Of a stretch of 64,000 nt of DNA, positions 1-12,185 are shown in pieces. Under the pieces are notes generated by a model. It was not told the origin of the DNA, made no database searches, and was given only the letters and a program-made list of their open reading frames with translations. Source of the stretch: Iphione sp. A-MEVVRFRX5 (Eukaryota); assembly GCA_976226885.1 (NCBI GenBank), contig OZ320316.1:38006001-38070000 (forward strand), written 5' to 3'. Both the position numbers and the translations under genes were made by a program. How positions within the stretch are numbered: position 1 is the stretch's first letter; every line of letters starts with the position of its first letter.

Positions 1-3000
1 ACATATGACACATATGATCTAGATCCTAGAAATGTCTCGGCCATAATTTACTTGTATGTTACATGTCAAGTAGGAAAATGTCTTGTAGTTGTAGAAATGT
101 GTGATTACTACATATGGCATTATCAAATATTGCTTAATTGCTTTTCCAAGATGATGTTCATCTTGTGTTGATGTTTGATGAAGGAATATGGTGAAATGTT
201 CATGAATATCTTGAATGTATCATGGGTTGTTTGTAATGTTACCCTGCAGTGTTACCCATCCCTGGCAGTAACCGTAGGCGATGGTTTTGTGACGGTCCAG
301 CCTTGCGAGACTATTATTACCTGAGGGTTTAGTCTTGCAAATCTACCATCACTTAAGGGCGTGGTCTTCCAGTTATACAAACGTTTAAAATTCCCTCCTA
401 TATTTTTAAAACTTGATTACACATAATCCAGATGATTATTCCATTATATAAAATTAGTGAAAGATCAGGAAACATGATAAAGATTTCAGGGGAATAATTC
501 TATCTGAGAAAATTGGCTTCATTTTTTTCTATAAATATACGTGCATATTTATTTTTGAGCTATTTATTTGATGTGAATTTTATCGGGGTTATGTTCAGTC
601 AGAACCTTTCTATTCATAACAGGAATGACTCTAATGTCGATAGACTTTCCTATGCAAAAAAAGGATCCCTCAAATAGCCACAATGGGCGTGTGGTATCGA
701 GAGATGAATGCCTCGATCAATACGATCAGGCCCGTGGAGGAATGGATCAATATTCTGACCTTTAGATGGGACACAGGGCCAATCTGGCTGCTTCCATCAC
801 TCCATCTAAAGGACAGATTCTACCACAATGCGGCTGACAGTGAGCTTTAAGAGATACAAAAATATATCAAGGACGTGCATACCTACGTTTTATTATATAA
901 TATATGGCACATAAATAGTTGTCCCATTTCGATATTTTATGTACACATTCTGAGGCACGATTGCGCTGTTTGTACATGTGACAACTTTTGTCTCCTTCCC
1001 AACAACTTGGTTTCTACAGATACATACACATGTCAAAAGTGTTCGTCCTGAGAACGTTTTATTCATTCTACTTTTATATCATGTTTAAACTTTACACCAC
1101 GGCTGTACAAATGAGGTCTCCACTCACAGGATTCAAGTAAGACCACAAATGAACCGATAAACCTGATCAGCTCCTCCTTTACACAAACGTCTTGTTCCAT
1201 CGTGCTTACCAAGCTAGCTCCCTCCATAAGATCACCCCTATAAGGCTAGCTTAGCGGGCGATCATCTATTCCTCAAAAAGACCAAATCAATACCTTTATC
1301 CAGCGTGACGTCTGTAGTTTCCGTAGGACTTAATTAAGCCATCGGTGGTCAGGTAACGTAAATCAGGTTAACAGATGGTAAAAGAACCGATTCGGTGCAG
1401 TGCTATAAGCCCTTAGCCAACCACGAAAACACCTGAAGGCATTCCGAAAGTTAACACTGAAAATGTCCTCAGGCATTCGTTCACCATTAATGATAAACGT
1501 GTTTCACTTAACTATAAATTATGCTGACCTAAACTTTGTGTTATCCATGAAAGGTGGATCGGATAACAGAGTTTGATGTGAAGTTATGCATCAAATACAC
1601 TCATACTGTACTCCTGAAACTTAATGTACTCAAATAGACATATCTTGGAATGAAAAAGATGTAACTTTACTATACATACATAAATATAATCCTCTGTCAG
1701 TAGTTTGTACAAAGACCAGTGAAGTCTTGAAGAGGTCAAATTGCGAGCAAAAAGGGAAAGTCGCCCTGTGCTTTCGTGATTAAACAGGCAAAAGGCAACA
1801 TCCACACAATACATTATATTGCTTTAAAATATACATGTACATATAATATGTTCGACTACTTATTGAAATTTGTATTAATTCCGACTGAACACAGTATCAG
1901 CAGATAAGTGATTCATATAAGGAAAAAATAATAATGATAATGTGTGGTGTTCGATGATTGAGGCATTAATTAAATGACACCGACTCTTCTAGTAAAATGC
2001 AATGAATGTCCACTTACCAACATGTTTGTAGGTCGGTGGTGCAATCAATCAAAATTCTAATGACATTCTTCTATCAGTATCACCTATAGGATGCCAAAGT
2101 GAGCAGTAGTTGTTACCCTCAGAAGATTCGATAGATCAATGGGGTGTTCACCATGACAACCAGCCAGCTGGCCTGCACGTTTTTCCCGCAATGGTCACCG
2201 TCTGTTTCCTGTTCCATGGATACCCCTTCCCTGTCTTGTTCGCGTTGAGCTCAGAGCACTTGATGGTTTGGGCTGCTGATTGCTGATCTCCGTTGGATGA
2301 CTGCCGCAACAAGAGAGGTGCGCTAGTGCGCAAAGGCGGCGGGCGGTGTTGGCTAGAGGGGCTGGATGAAAATTTGATGCGGCCCCAGCACATGGCACCC
2401 TGAGGATACGGGTACCAATGAATACGGCTCTCCAGGGAGAACAGTGCACCCTTCTGCTAGGCAATACAGATGGCGTCCAGGTGGTTTGATTAAGACCAAC
2501 TTCGACACAACGTTAGATCGATGAGGAATTCATAGCTTCACTGGTGTCATGGTATTATTTCATTGAGCAATTATTCATTTTCTCCGGTCTAAAACGGGAT
2601 AACGCCTTTATATGGACAATTTTTATTTATATGCGGTCGATATCTATACCTGTGTCTGGCGGTACAAAGGTATCGAGATATCATTATCTGTGTACAATGT
2701 ACTGGCACGAGCAATGTAACGACATATACTGTCTGTTAGGCCCGAAGTCCGATGTCCTTTTTCGTGAATTGTGTTAGCCCATCCCCCTTGTCTTTATTCA
2801 TGGCTTTGTTAAACATGCGCAAATTAGGCAAACCAATGACAAATTTCAGAATTCAGATTTTAAAAACTGTAGTGTTTTTCCATGTTTTTTTCAGTTTCTT
2901 TTCAATTTCTTTTGTCAAAGTTCTGCAGCATTTTTACTAGTCCCACCCATTTAGATAACTGATGCTTCTCTCAAGTGTTGTGCTCATGCAAGTATCCTCT

Positions 3001-3156
3001 TCAGTGCATTTCTACCAAAGCTACCCTTTCTGAATTCCTGGGTTATTTAGGGTGAGTCAAACATTCACCATATGTGCAACCAGTGATGAATTCACCAATG
3101 GTGCAGTGGGATTTGTGAATACCTCAGATTCGGACCTAGTACCTAACATATATATA

Positions 3157-3658
3157 CAGAGAGAATTCCAAAACCGAACGATCGCCGTTTCTGCTAAAAT
3201 CGTTCGGATTTGGGATAATTCGTATTTGGAATTGTGGCCTAAGGCCACTTTCAATTTCACACAGTTAAGGGGGGCCCCAGGCCCTACCTCAACACTTTGG
3301 TTCCCCTCCAATTCGCTACTCTTTGAGCGACTCTCACCTACGGAGAGGCCCCCGGTTCCCCTCAAAGTCGCTAACCTTTGATGACGTAGAAGCCTCTGAG
3401 AGCGACTCTCACCTACGGAGAGGCCCCCGGTTCCCCTCCAAGTCGCTAACCTTTGATGACGCCTATGTAGAGGTCCAGAGCATTCGGTTTTGGAGTGTAT
3501 TTTAAACTAATTTTAATGAAATACCAGCGTTCGGATTCGGAATTGGCACATTTCGTATATCTGAGTAGCTAAACATAGGAAAACGATTCGTCCCTGGAAA
3601 AATCGTTCGGTTTTGGGGCGGTTCGGATTTCGAGTGTTCGGACTTGGAGTATTGTCTG
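3157..3658. mobile_element. Tc1/mariner-type MITE, family A copy 1, carrying a 75-bp internal repeat
   Basis: TA|CAGAGAGAATTCC...GAGTATTGTCTG|TA. Arms near-identical to 3920-4750. Two internal 75-bp units at about 3325-3465. Confidence 0.8.
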
Positions 3659-3919
3659 TATATATATGCAGACATGCACATACATACATATATTGTGTGA
3701 TTTATTATCCACACTTTCCATGTAGAGTCAAATAGAATTAAAGATGACGACCATATATTCATATGCAGTATTGTATGTATATTGTATCGTTCTGCTCCAT
3801 GGTTTACGTAGCAAAAAACTGTCTTCTTCCTTATGCTGTCTTCTTTCTTACGATGGTCCATAAAAGTGAAATGTAATGGGTGTACATGTGTCTATAATTA
3901 TACACAAATATTTTGAATA

Positions 3920-4750
3920 CAGAGAGAATTCCAAAACCGAACGATCGCCGTTTCCGCCAAAATCGTTCAGATTTGGGATAATTCGTATTTGGAATTGTGG
4001 CCTGAGGCCACTCTCAATTTCACACAGTTAGGGGTGGCCTCAGGCCCCCCTTAACTCTTTCCATACCCATAAGAGTGAAATAAATCATATAATGAATATG
4101 ATCTAATCTAAACCTGAAATAATGGAGAGAAAACAACCCCATACTGACTTTTGACCATGCATATCGATCGACACCTACGGAGAGGCCCCCGGTCGACCGC
4201 GGCGAGCTCGGTTCCCCTCCAATTCGCTACCCTTTGAATGACTCTCACCTCGATCGACACCTATGGAGAGGCCCCCGGTCGACCGCGGCGAGCTCGGTTC
4301 CCCTCCAATTCGCTACCCTTTGAATGACTCTCACCTCGATCGACACCTATGGAGAGGCCCCGGTCGACCAGGGCGAGCTTGGTACCCCTCCAATTCGCCA
4401 ACCTTTGATGACGCAGGAGAGGCCCAGGTCGACCGGGCTGAGCTGTCTGAGAGCCCTTTGAACGACTCTCACCTCGATCGACACCTTCGGAGAGGCCCCC
4501 GGTCGACCGCGGCGAGCTTGGTTCCCCTCCAATTCGCCAACCTTTGACATGCTCTCACCTCGATCGACAGAGCATTCGGATTTCGAGTGTAATATTAACT
4601 AATTTTAAAGAAATACCACCGTTCGGATTCGGATTCTGCATATTTCGTATATCTGAGTAGCTAAATACAGTAAAATGGTTGGTTCCCAGAAATTTCGTTC
4701 GGTTTTGGGGCAATTCGGATTTCGAGTGTTCGGAAATGGAGTATTCTCTG
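3920..4750. mobile_element. Tc1/mariner-type MITE, family A copy 2, carrying an 86-bp internal minisatellite
   Basis: TA|CAGAGAGAATTCC...GAGTATTCTCTG|TA. GATCGAC unit starts at 4166, 4252, 4338, 4476 and 4562 (periods 86, 86, 138, 86). Confidence 0.82.
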
Positions 4751-4889
4751 TACATCCTAATAGCCGCATGAAAGAAAACTTAATAAAGAAGGAAATTATC
4801 AGTAATACCATGTGGTAATTTGATTTTTTTTGCAGCACGTGATTTGCGGCAACGATATATAATGGGATCGTGTCGGCGCGATTTCCTCC

Positions 4890-5580
4890 ACTCCATTCTC
4901 CACATCGAGAATGTGGCAATATGGATCTAATTCTGTGCTTGACCTCTGACCACCACGGCCCAGGCGTGCTGGTGTTTGGCCAGGCTTCTAGCGGCCAGCA
5001 GTAAAAGGCATGCTGGCGTCATAGCTCCTTCCGGTGATGGCTGAGTAGATTGACTCCCTTCAGAGGAGGACGTCGTCTGCCAATCCGAAACCAAATAGTA
5101 TTCCGAACTGGAGCTTTTAGCTTATCCTGTCTGACGGATACAGCCTCGATAATAAAAGAACCACAGGCTTCTGGTACTTTTTATCAAGCCCGACAACTAG
5201 GTATTGCCAGGGGGTAACCTTTAAGCTTTACATTTAATGTCGGCCTACACAAGATATCCTTGACTAAATGTTATCTCCTCAGTTTTGCCTAACTTCAGTC
5301 GCTGACGTTTAACTATTCTGCGACTTTTTCCCGAGAATCATTGAATTGCAAAGTTTTGTTATAATAGTTTTCCCTGTCTATTGGGAATCCTGTTATTTGG
5401 TGTTTTAATGTCTATGCTGTTATATAGGATAGCATGTCGTTTAAATGCCAATCTCCTCTACATGTATGCTGTAGAGTTTCCTTTGGATGATAATCAGCGT
5501 GATTATGATTGGTTGTTGTTAACACCATTATTTCTATTAAAAGAAACGAGTTGGGACTCATAGAAATGCTTATTTAGTGC
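4890..5580 (-). pseudogene. Possible decayed TIR domain downstream of the LRR remnant
   Basis: Pieces in the expected TIR order: HFYESQLVSFNRN (box-1-like, about 5.55 kb), EEIGI*TTC, GKTIIT, SRRIV (about 5.32 kb), and KEL*RQHAFYCWPLEAWPN...PWWSEVKHRI (box-3-like, 4.93-5.03 kb). Needs several frameshifts; weak. Confidence 0.3.
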
Positions 5581-5944
5581 CCCGACTACCCGTCAGATGT
5601 CAGGGCTTTAATATATCCGGAAAAAAACAAGGCGTTGAGAAGGAGAGGTACAGTGCAAGAGAGAAGGAAGGCGTGAGCAAGCCTAGGAACAGGGGCTGTG
5701 GGGGCTGGCGCAAATGCCATTACATGTATATAGAGTAGCTTCTTTTAGCCTACGTACAATCTTAAAAATATAACAAGCGTATTGCCAGCTTCACAGAGAC
5801 AGGCATATCACATTACATCTACATGTATATGTACTGCAGATTTCATTGTATTTCATTATATTATTTACTTTCCACTTGGTGTGTGGTACAGTTTTTGTTA
5901 CGATCATTACATAAAATATCCAAGCTGATGATAAGAATTGATAA

Positions 5945-6249
5945 AGCCTATTAAAAAAATCTGTGTCTCCGGTAATCTGACCAACTCCGCGTTTTAGACT
6001 ATTTTAGCCTTTTTAATAATTGTTTTGCCCACAACTTGGGTATGAACAATGCTACAATATACCATTTTGTTTCTTATATCCTTAGCTGTAGGTGATATTA
6101 GTTTCATAAACGCTGTAGAAATGATAGTCCAAGCTCGGAAAAGTACAGGCTTGATTTTTACTTTTATAGTGGTGTGTAAAAAAAGAACACCTAACTACTA
6201 ACCCTATATTGTTTCAACGTATAACTGGAAACATATTTTTGGAGGTCTA
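5945..6249. mobile_element. PIF/Harbinger-type MITE family B, diverged copy
   Basis: Left end aagcctattaaaaaaatctgtgtctccggtaa resembles the reverse complement of the right end of 55225-55539. Right end aactggaaacatattttttggaggtcta is degenerate. Confidence 0.55.
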
Positions 6250-6399
6250 GTAACTAGCAGTTTACTACAGCAATTAGCTCCAAAACTTTCCTTTAGGATT
6301 TACTGTTTCTACTCAAGTCTGAAAATTAGAGGAAGAACAAGGTAGGAGGGAAGGGGAATAGGGAAGGAAAACTGGGAGAGAAAGGGAAATACATGTAGG

Positions 6400-7900
6400 C
6401 GGGCACGGAAAGAAATGACAGTCTACGTCTCTGGTCAAAGAAGTAAACTAACAAAAGCAAACGAAATTTCAAAGCACTTCACTGATGATGTTCAACACTC
6501 CTAGATATCTTGTACCGCGGACCCACAAGAGAGACAGTCATTTGCAAGGAAATAATTCATGTCTTTATTTGAATGTTCAACAGACAGATGTTACAATGAT
6601 AAACCTGCATAATGTAAGCATGTTTTGTCGCCATCCTTTGTACAGATTGGCCGACCGTTTTCTTAGTTTGGGAATGAAATAGGTCACTCATAACAACCCT
6701 GCGGATGAAATGCTATTTCTGCTTGTCTTAAAGAATGCGACTCAAATTAACGTGTTTGATGAAATCCGTAAGCACACCTGGCATGGAATTTCATGACCAT
6801 ACAAACAACACAAATATATTGTTTATTCTCTTAAGTTCAACTACTTTATCAACTGTCGAAGCTATTTCTTTGAAATGGTACATTAAATCAATTGGTATGT
6901 GCTACAACATACCAGACAGTTATGATGTCCTTTCCTTCGAGACAAGGTGGTAAACTGCTTTCCAAGATTTAAATATATAGAATTCAAGTGAATTGAACAG
7001 AGATCAAGACCCACAGCAAATATCGACAGATACATGGAAAGGTAACACAATTTAGTTCGAAGAGTAAAACGGTAAGTTCATCCAAAAATATACACATAGG
7101 CCTATTTGTATGTGGCGTTACATACAGGAGGTTTGAATCATGCCGAAATGTATCCGGTCATGTAAGAGCTTTCTCTTATGCCAGTTAGTCATTGAAAAAT
7201 ATAAGAGCCAGACAGAGTGCGTATATTATGTTGTCTACGCTGCTTTACATAGTTGTTTGTGGAACTGTGATTAAAGGCTGTTGAAATAAATGTATAGTTT
7301 GAACTAAGAGCATTCTCATAAATTTTAACCTTTAGGATTAAAATTTGTTGACAGACTAAATTGTATCTAACAGTAGATTCCAAATTTGATACATTCTTCA
7401 TGTATTGATCTATTTCATATAAAGTTATTTCTACGACTAACAAGTAACTTCTTCATGTTGATGTTTACAAACCATAAGCAGCTTCTTTTTCTAAGATCTC
7501 TGTATTAATGGTAATATGAAGATAAAAACACACTATGGACTTTCATTCAAAAATAACATTTATCATAAGTAGCATAGGAATTATCCTATTAGTTTTTTTC
7601 TAGATGACCAAATAAATTGGTGAATACCTTAGAATACCTATAACAAAGATCACGCCTAGTTGGCTCAACGTCGAGTGCACAGCTGCTTCCAAGGTTTAAA
7701 GTACATGAAATTCAAGTGAAGTTCAACACAATTGTTGATCAGCAGTGAATGCCGGTAGAAACGTGAAAAGCTACGTTCATTAGGTTAGAATCATATACCG
7801 GTAGGGGCCATGGGAAAAATCTGAATGTAGGCCATTAACAGGAGCTTTATCATCATTTCGCATATTTTCCCTTCTGGTCGACTTTGAATTGTGTTGTGCA
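6400..7900 (-). pseudogene. Decayed LRR ectodomain (TLR-like) remnant
   Basis: Manual translation gives LRR-like pieces across stops and frameshifts: FKPWKQLCT (about 7.69 kb), LEKEAAYGL* then KKLLVSRRNN (7.43-7.50 kb), HNIRTLSGSYIFQ*LTGIRE (7230-7171), SLEFYIFKSWKAVYHL (about 6.97 kb). Nucleotide self-similarity between 6955-7000 and 7683-7727. Boundaries approximate. Confidence 0.5.
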
Positions 7901-8135
7901 TGGTGGGCTTTACTATTTAATAGGATTGTCAAGGGGACTACAACTGCATAAAGGGCCAGTTTCCATTCATGTGTTTGTGTGTTGCAATTGCATTTTTAAG
8001 GAGCAGATGATAATCGACCGCAGGGTATCCACACCTGTGTTCCATCCGTGCATTTGTGATTGTGTTGCATTTGCTGTGTGTTTTTAGGACACTGCAAAAA
8101 GTGGTTGTTTTCAGATGTAGGTGCACTTACACCTG

Positions 8136-8294
8136 CAGGCCCATAGCCAGGAGGTTTTCTGGGGGGTATCGGACGATACCCCTGATACCACAGGGGTGGA
8201 ACTATTTTTTTTCTATACCTATAAAGGACAATAGATATTAATTGCTCTGGGGGTATCGGACGATACCCCTGATACCCCCTTGGCTACGGGCATG
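8136..8294. mobile_element. MITE family D (CAGGCCC.TAGCCAG...TGGCTA.GGGC.TG)
   Basis: Terminal inverted repeats flanked by the direct repeat CACCTG (8130-8135 and 8295-8300). Internal duplication of GGGGGTATCGGACGATACCCCTGATACC. Confidence 0.8.
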
Positions 8295-8849
8295 CACCTG
8301 CCCCGCCCAAAGGGGACATTTCTTTTCCGAGGTTAGATTTTATGTGATATACACACGTGTGTGTGATATGAAATCGACCAAATGTATCATCAGCGTTAAA
8401 ACTAAAAAGTTTCCGCAGATTTAGCTCGATTTCCACAAATTTCCACAGAACCGGCTACATTTTCATAAATTTCTCTTAATTTCAATACGTTTGAAGCAAA
8501 AACACACAATTTCCACAGAAGTGGCTAAGTTTTCACAAATTTCTACAAGCATAGCACACCTTCACGCATGACCTTAACACAACACAAAAGACACTCCTTA
8601 TAACCCCATAGTACTCACCAGTCTCACCAGAGACAAATTAACGCAATGCAAATGCAAACACAACACACAAATGCATGCATGGAAACTGGTCCTTAGGGAC
8701 ACGATGAAAAGATTTGGCAACACGGACATAGATTCAAAGGGCATAAAGTACATGTATTTAAGAAGAGCTATGCGCAGATTGCAGCTTATTGTAACTTACT
8801 TTCGAATTAAGTAACTAGTATGGTCATTTTTTCTCTCTGGAAAAGATAT

Positions 8850-9600
8850 GCCCACCTCGAGCATCTCGATTTAATGTCCTTCTAGCCTTAGTATATTATA
8901 TGTAAACGTACTTGTGAACATGACATACACCATCCACATTTTGCAGGATGAAATAAAGGATTTCTGTATCGACCGTGCTATCCATTGCCTTGAGGTTTGA
9001 TATCATTTATCAGTCCGTTATTTTTAGAAATTTGCTGTATTCTAAGGTAGGATTAGACCTTGAAAACGAAGAATTCTGCAACTTAGTTTCAAGCTTCACC
9101 ATAATACTAGGAGCGACATTCTAAGAGAGAAAAAATTCTTTGTATGATTCTCATTAGCACTCACGTGATAACTATACCATCTTGAGTTCCAACCAAAAAC
9201 ATAGGATCACGAAGAGTATTTCGAGCTTTAATTGTAAGGGTTAGGTGAAAATGAAATACAGAACCAGTTGGTGGACAATAGCACGACTGACAAGCTGGAC
9301 TTTGTTCTTTGAGTAATACAGCACAACCTTAAATAATTAGTACGCTTTCCATCATGGAAGTATAATACAAAATGTCGGCACCGGGAAATATTATATGAAT
9401 CATTTGTTCATCTCTATCAACTGAATGAAACTCTTTTCGGGAGCACAACGCATTACCTTGAAAATTGACTGAACTACAACTGCGTTTAGATTTTATCTCA
9501 GAAGTTCACGAGGTTCTAAAATGCTTCTTTGAGACTGAAAAGTAGGCCTATGTTTTGCCTCTTCAAAGTTCAATTCCGCGCCATTCGTATCCGCTCTCCC
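8850..9600 (+). pseudogene. Decayed LRR array fragment, plus strand
   Basis: HLEHLDL (8853-8873), GLGENEIQN (about 9.24 kb), IQNVGTG (about 9.37 kb), KLTELQLRLDFISEVHE (from 9462). Many stops and frameshifts. Confidence 0.45.
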
Positions 9601-9631
9601 GATATATTGAAGGGTCCATGCTGAAACGTCT

Positions 9632-10080
9632 ATGGTCAGTGTGTACAGTGGAACAACAGCGGTAAACAGTAGATCTTTATGGTCTACGGTTTTGTTTGTC
9701 ACAACCTGTTATATCTTAAATGATGGATTATATATATACGTTATCATGGGGATCAGGGGCGACCATTTTGCATACAACATCTGTCTGCTGCGTGGCCGCC
9801 TACCTATAAAAAAGCTCACAGTCATACCTGAAGAATGGCCGAGTCGGCAAGAGATTTCTACATCAAAATTTTGTATAAAGCATCTGGCGTACACATGACA
9901 TGATTCTAACTCTACAATCAATACTCTGGAAGACAATATTTGCAATTTAAGTGTTTTTTTACACACGGGATAGCTAGGGTTGTTTATCTACCCGGCACTA
10001 GGAAATCGAAAACGTGGCGAGAAGGACGCATTTTTCCTTCAAAAATTGCCAGTTTAACATAACATGAATTCATACGACAT
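9632..10080 (+). pseudogene. LRR protein N-terminus remnant (hydrophobic leader, LRRNT-like cap, first LRRs)
   Basis: ORF 9632-9898 has a hydrophobic N-terminal stretch, then IKKLTVIPEEWPS (9806-9844), resembling the LRRNT LTxIPxxLP motif. After the stop come TINTLEDNICNL and GNRKRGEKDAFF...YDMS. Confidence 0.5.
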
Positions 10081-10299
10081 GAGCCTATTTTATCGCATTT
10101 CATGTACATGTATATGAAGAAGCTACACATATATTATTATACAGACGCAGGTTGATTTTGATGTGCTATAAGGTAAGTCCTACTCACTAGAATTTAATGA
10201 AGGATATGACCAGTATGCAAAGGATCGGCTGTCTTCTCTTAAGACACAAGGCAATATTGTACTGCATGCACAGAAATAAATCTGAAGGGACGGGTTATA

Positions 10300-11560
10300 C
10301 TCCTAGCAGTAGCAGAACATCCAGAAAAGGTCAAAAAAGGTCCGTTTTATGTTACTGATCGAAAATTCGTTTTCATTGTAATCGCTCTGTTTTTATTCAT
10401 CACCTCGCACAAAAGTAAAGTTTTTTTAAGTGCGTGTTTGTAAAGACAGGTATAAGTGCATATATACACGCATGAGCAGCTGTCTGTACGTATTCGTTAT
10501 ATCTTTGAAGTTCTAACGTTTGTTTACAGCCAAATAGTTTATGTTCAATAAGCCAGTCTCCGTATTTGGTAAGAAAAGCCCTCTTACTTGATCATTTGTA
10601 TCTGAATCCCCACTGATAATAATACTTTCTTGTGAAAAACAATTGGTGTATTCATTTTCCCTATTCGCCAACCAGTACTGTCCCAGCATGCAGCAATACA
10701 TGGTATGCACTTTGTCTGTTTCTAGGTCAAACAAAGAGTTGTCAAAGCTTAATTCATGTGTACATACACTATAACAACCAATTCTGTATATCATGTATCC
10801 ATTAATTAACAAAAGAGAAATATTAAAGTAGTAAATCTAAATCCTCTCCAAAATTGTGTACTTTGCAAGAATACTGTGGTGGTGAAAATGCGTGATAATA
10901 GGGGAATTAGTATATGTAAATTTTCCTGAGAACTTCAAGGCTTGCTATAAACATCCTTAGGATAATTATAACTTAAAGTTTGATCTAAAGGTTCTCCTGC
11001 CCATTTCTTTATCTTAATCCTTTAATAAAAGATAAAACTACTTAATATGTAGAATTTTCAGTCAACAAGTCACATTTACACACAGGGATTTGGTGCAAGA
11101 GGAAGTTATGCATACCAAGTGTAGCTCTACACTTTTACCAGTACTGAATAGGTGAATTATCTGAATTCTCCTTATCCAAAAGAAAGTATCAATGCCACTT
11201 CAGAGAGATGGGCTGGCTCTATTTTACACATAGACGAATACAACTACTATTTGAAAAAAAGACCACATATCTTCTACATAATATAATACAATAACCTATT
11301 CCTTCCAGACAGCTACGCATGTCTGTTTCCAAAAACACAAACCAACTAAGGTACAATGAATACATGTATTAAAAATAAAGAACTGAGGCTATAATGAAGA
11401 AAGCACAGATGTGGAACAGATGTCTGTATCCTTTCATCACGGAAGTAAGTATAGTTCAGGTATGATTGTGTGTAGTGATTATTTGCACTTCTATGTCAAT
11501 ACAGGGAGTTTAATATAAAGGGAGAAGATAACAAATATACGAAACAGATTTCTGTTTGAA
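10300..11560 (-). pseudogene. Second minus-strand LRR/TLR-like remnant containing an LRRCT signature
   Basis: 11090-11066 reads AAT CCC TGTG TGT AAA TGT GAC TTG, i.e. NP(xx)CKCDL, the LRRCT NPWxCxCDL motif with an apparent 2-nt deletion, preceded by VELHL and IQIIHL. Downstream 10.3-10.8 kb has only faint TIR-like pieces. Confidence 0.42.
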
Positions 11561-12185
11561 TTCACTGCGTAGATAAATGAGGGGATATCCTTATCATATA
11601 TTGAATGTGCAGTAAAAAAAACATAGATATTGTACTTGAAAATATCAACTAATGCATGTACATGTATGCGTACATGTGTTTATCCTAGAGTTACTACACA
11701 TGCGTCTGTCTAATGATCATAATCCTGCAAAAGTAAATGAAAACCTCAACCGACTTCCTCTCTTATTTGTTGTTACTATAGAATTCTATATGTGAGATTA
11801 TATCTGCCAATGAATTTATGTCAGCCGAAGACGAATTCATACGATCGTCTAAGATTGTCAGCTATACATGCATGTATACGCTATTTGCTACATATATATG
11901 TATATCTATCAGAATGTGGACCGAGGTATAGCATATTAATTTGGCCTCGTTATACCTACTCCTAACGGTCCGTATATTTATCACACAAAAGGCCAGTGTA
12001 GCATGTCTGTGAATACAGAGTGACAGTCATCACCTGTGGAGGCTGTTTTTCGTCATCTCCTGACCAGCTACCGTCAATGTATATAGGGCTTGGCCACGCC
12101 TCGGAAAGGGAATGTCCCCCTCGGGCGGCACACTGTCAGTCCCACTATCTGAACCTAACCCCTCGGCCCCTTATGCATCAGGCCT

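Noticed and set aside
1090-1560. rRNA-like or viral-like segment
   Set aside because: I could not match any conserved rRNA motif. One minus-strand frame looks semi-coding but has several stops and no recognisable family; left unassigned.
4166-4570. CRISPR-like repeat array
   Set aside because: The units are contiguous tandem repeats with no unique spacers, lie inside a MITE, and there are no cas genes; the context is eukaryotic.
3052-4919. Several 60-110 aa ORFs, some internally repetitive
   Set aside because: They are translations of the MITE arms and minisatellite units, and paired ORFs mirror the two MITE copies.
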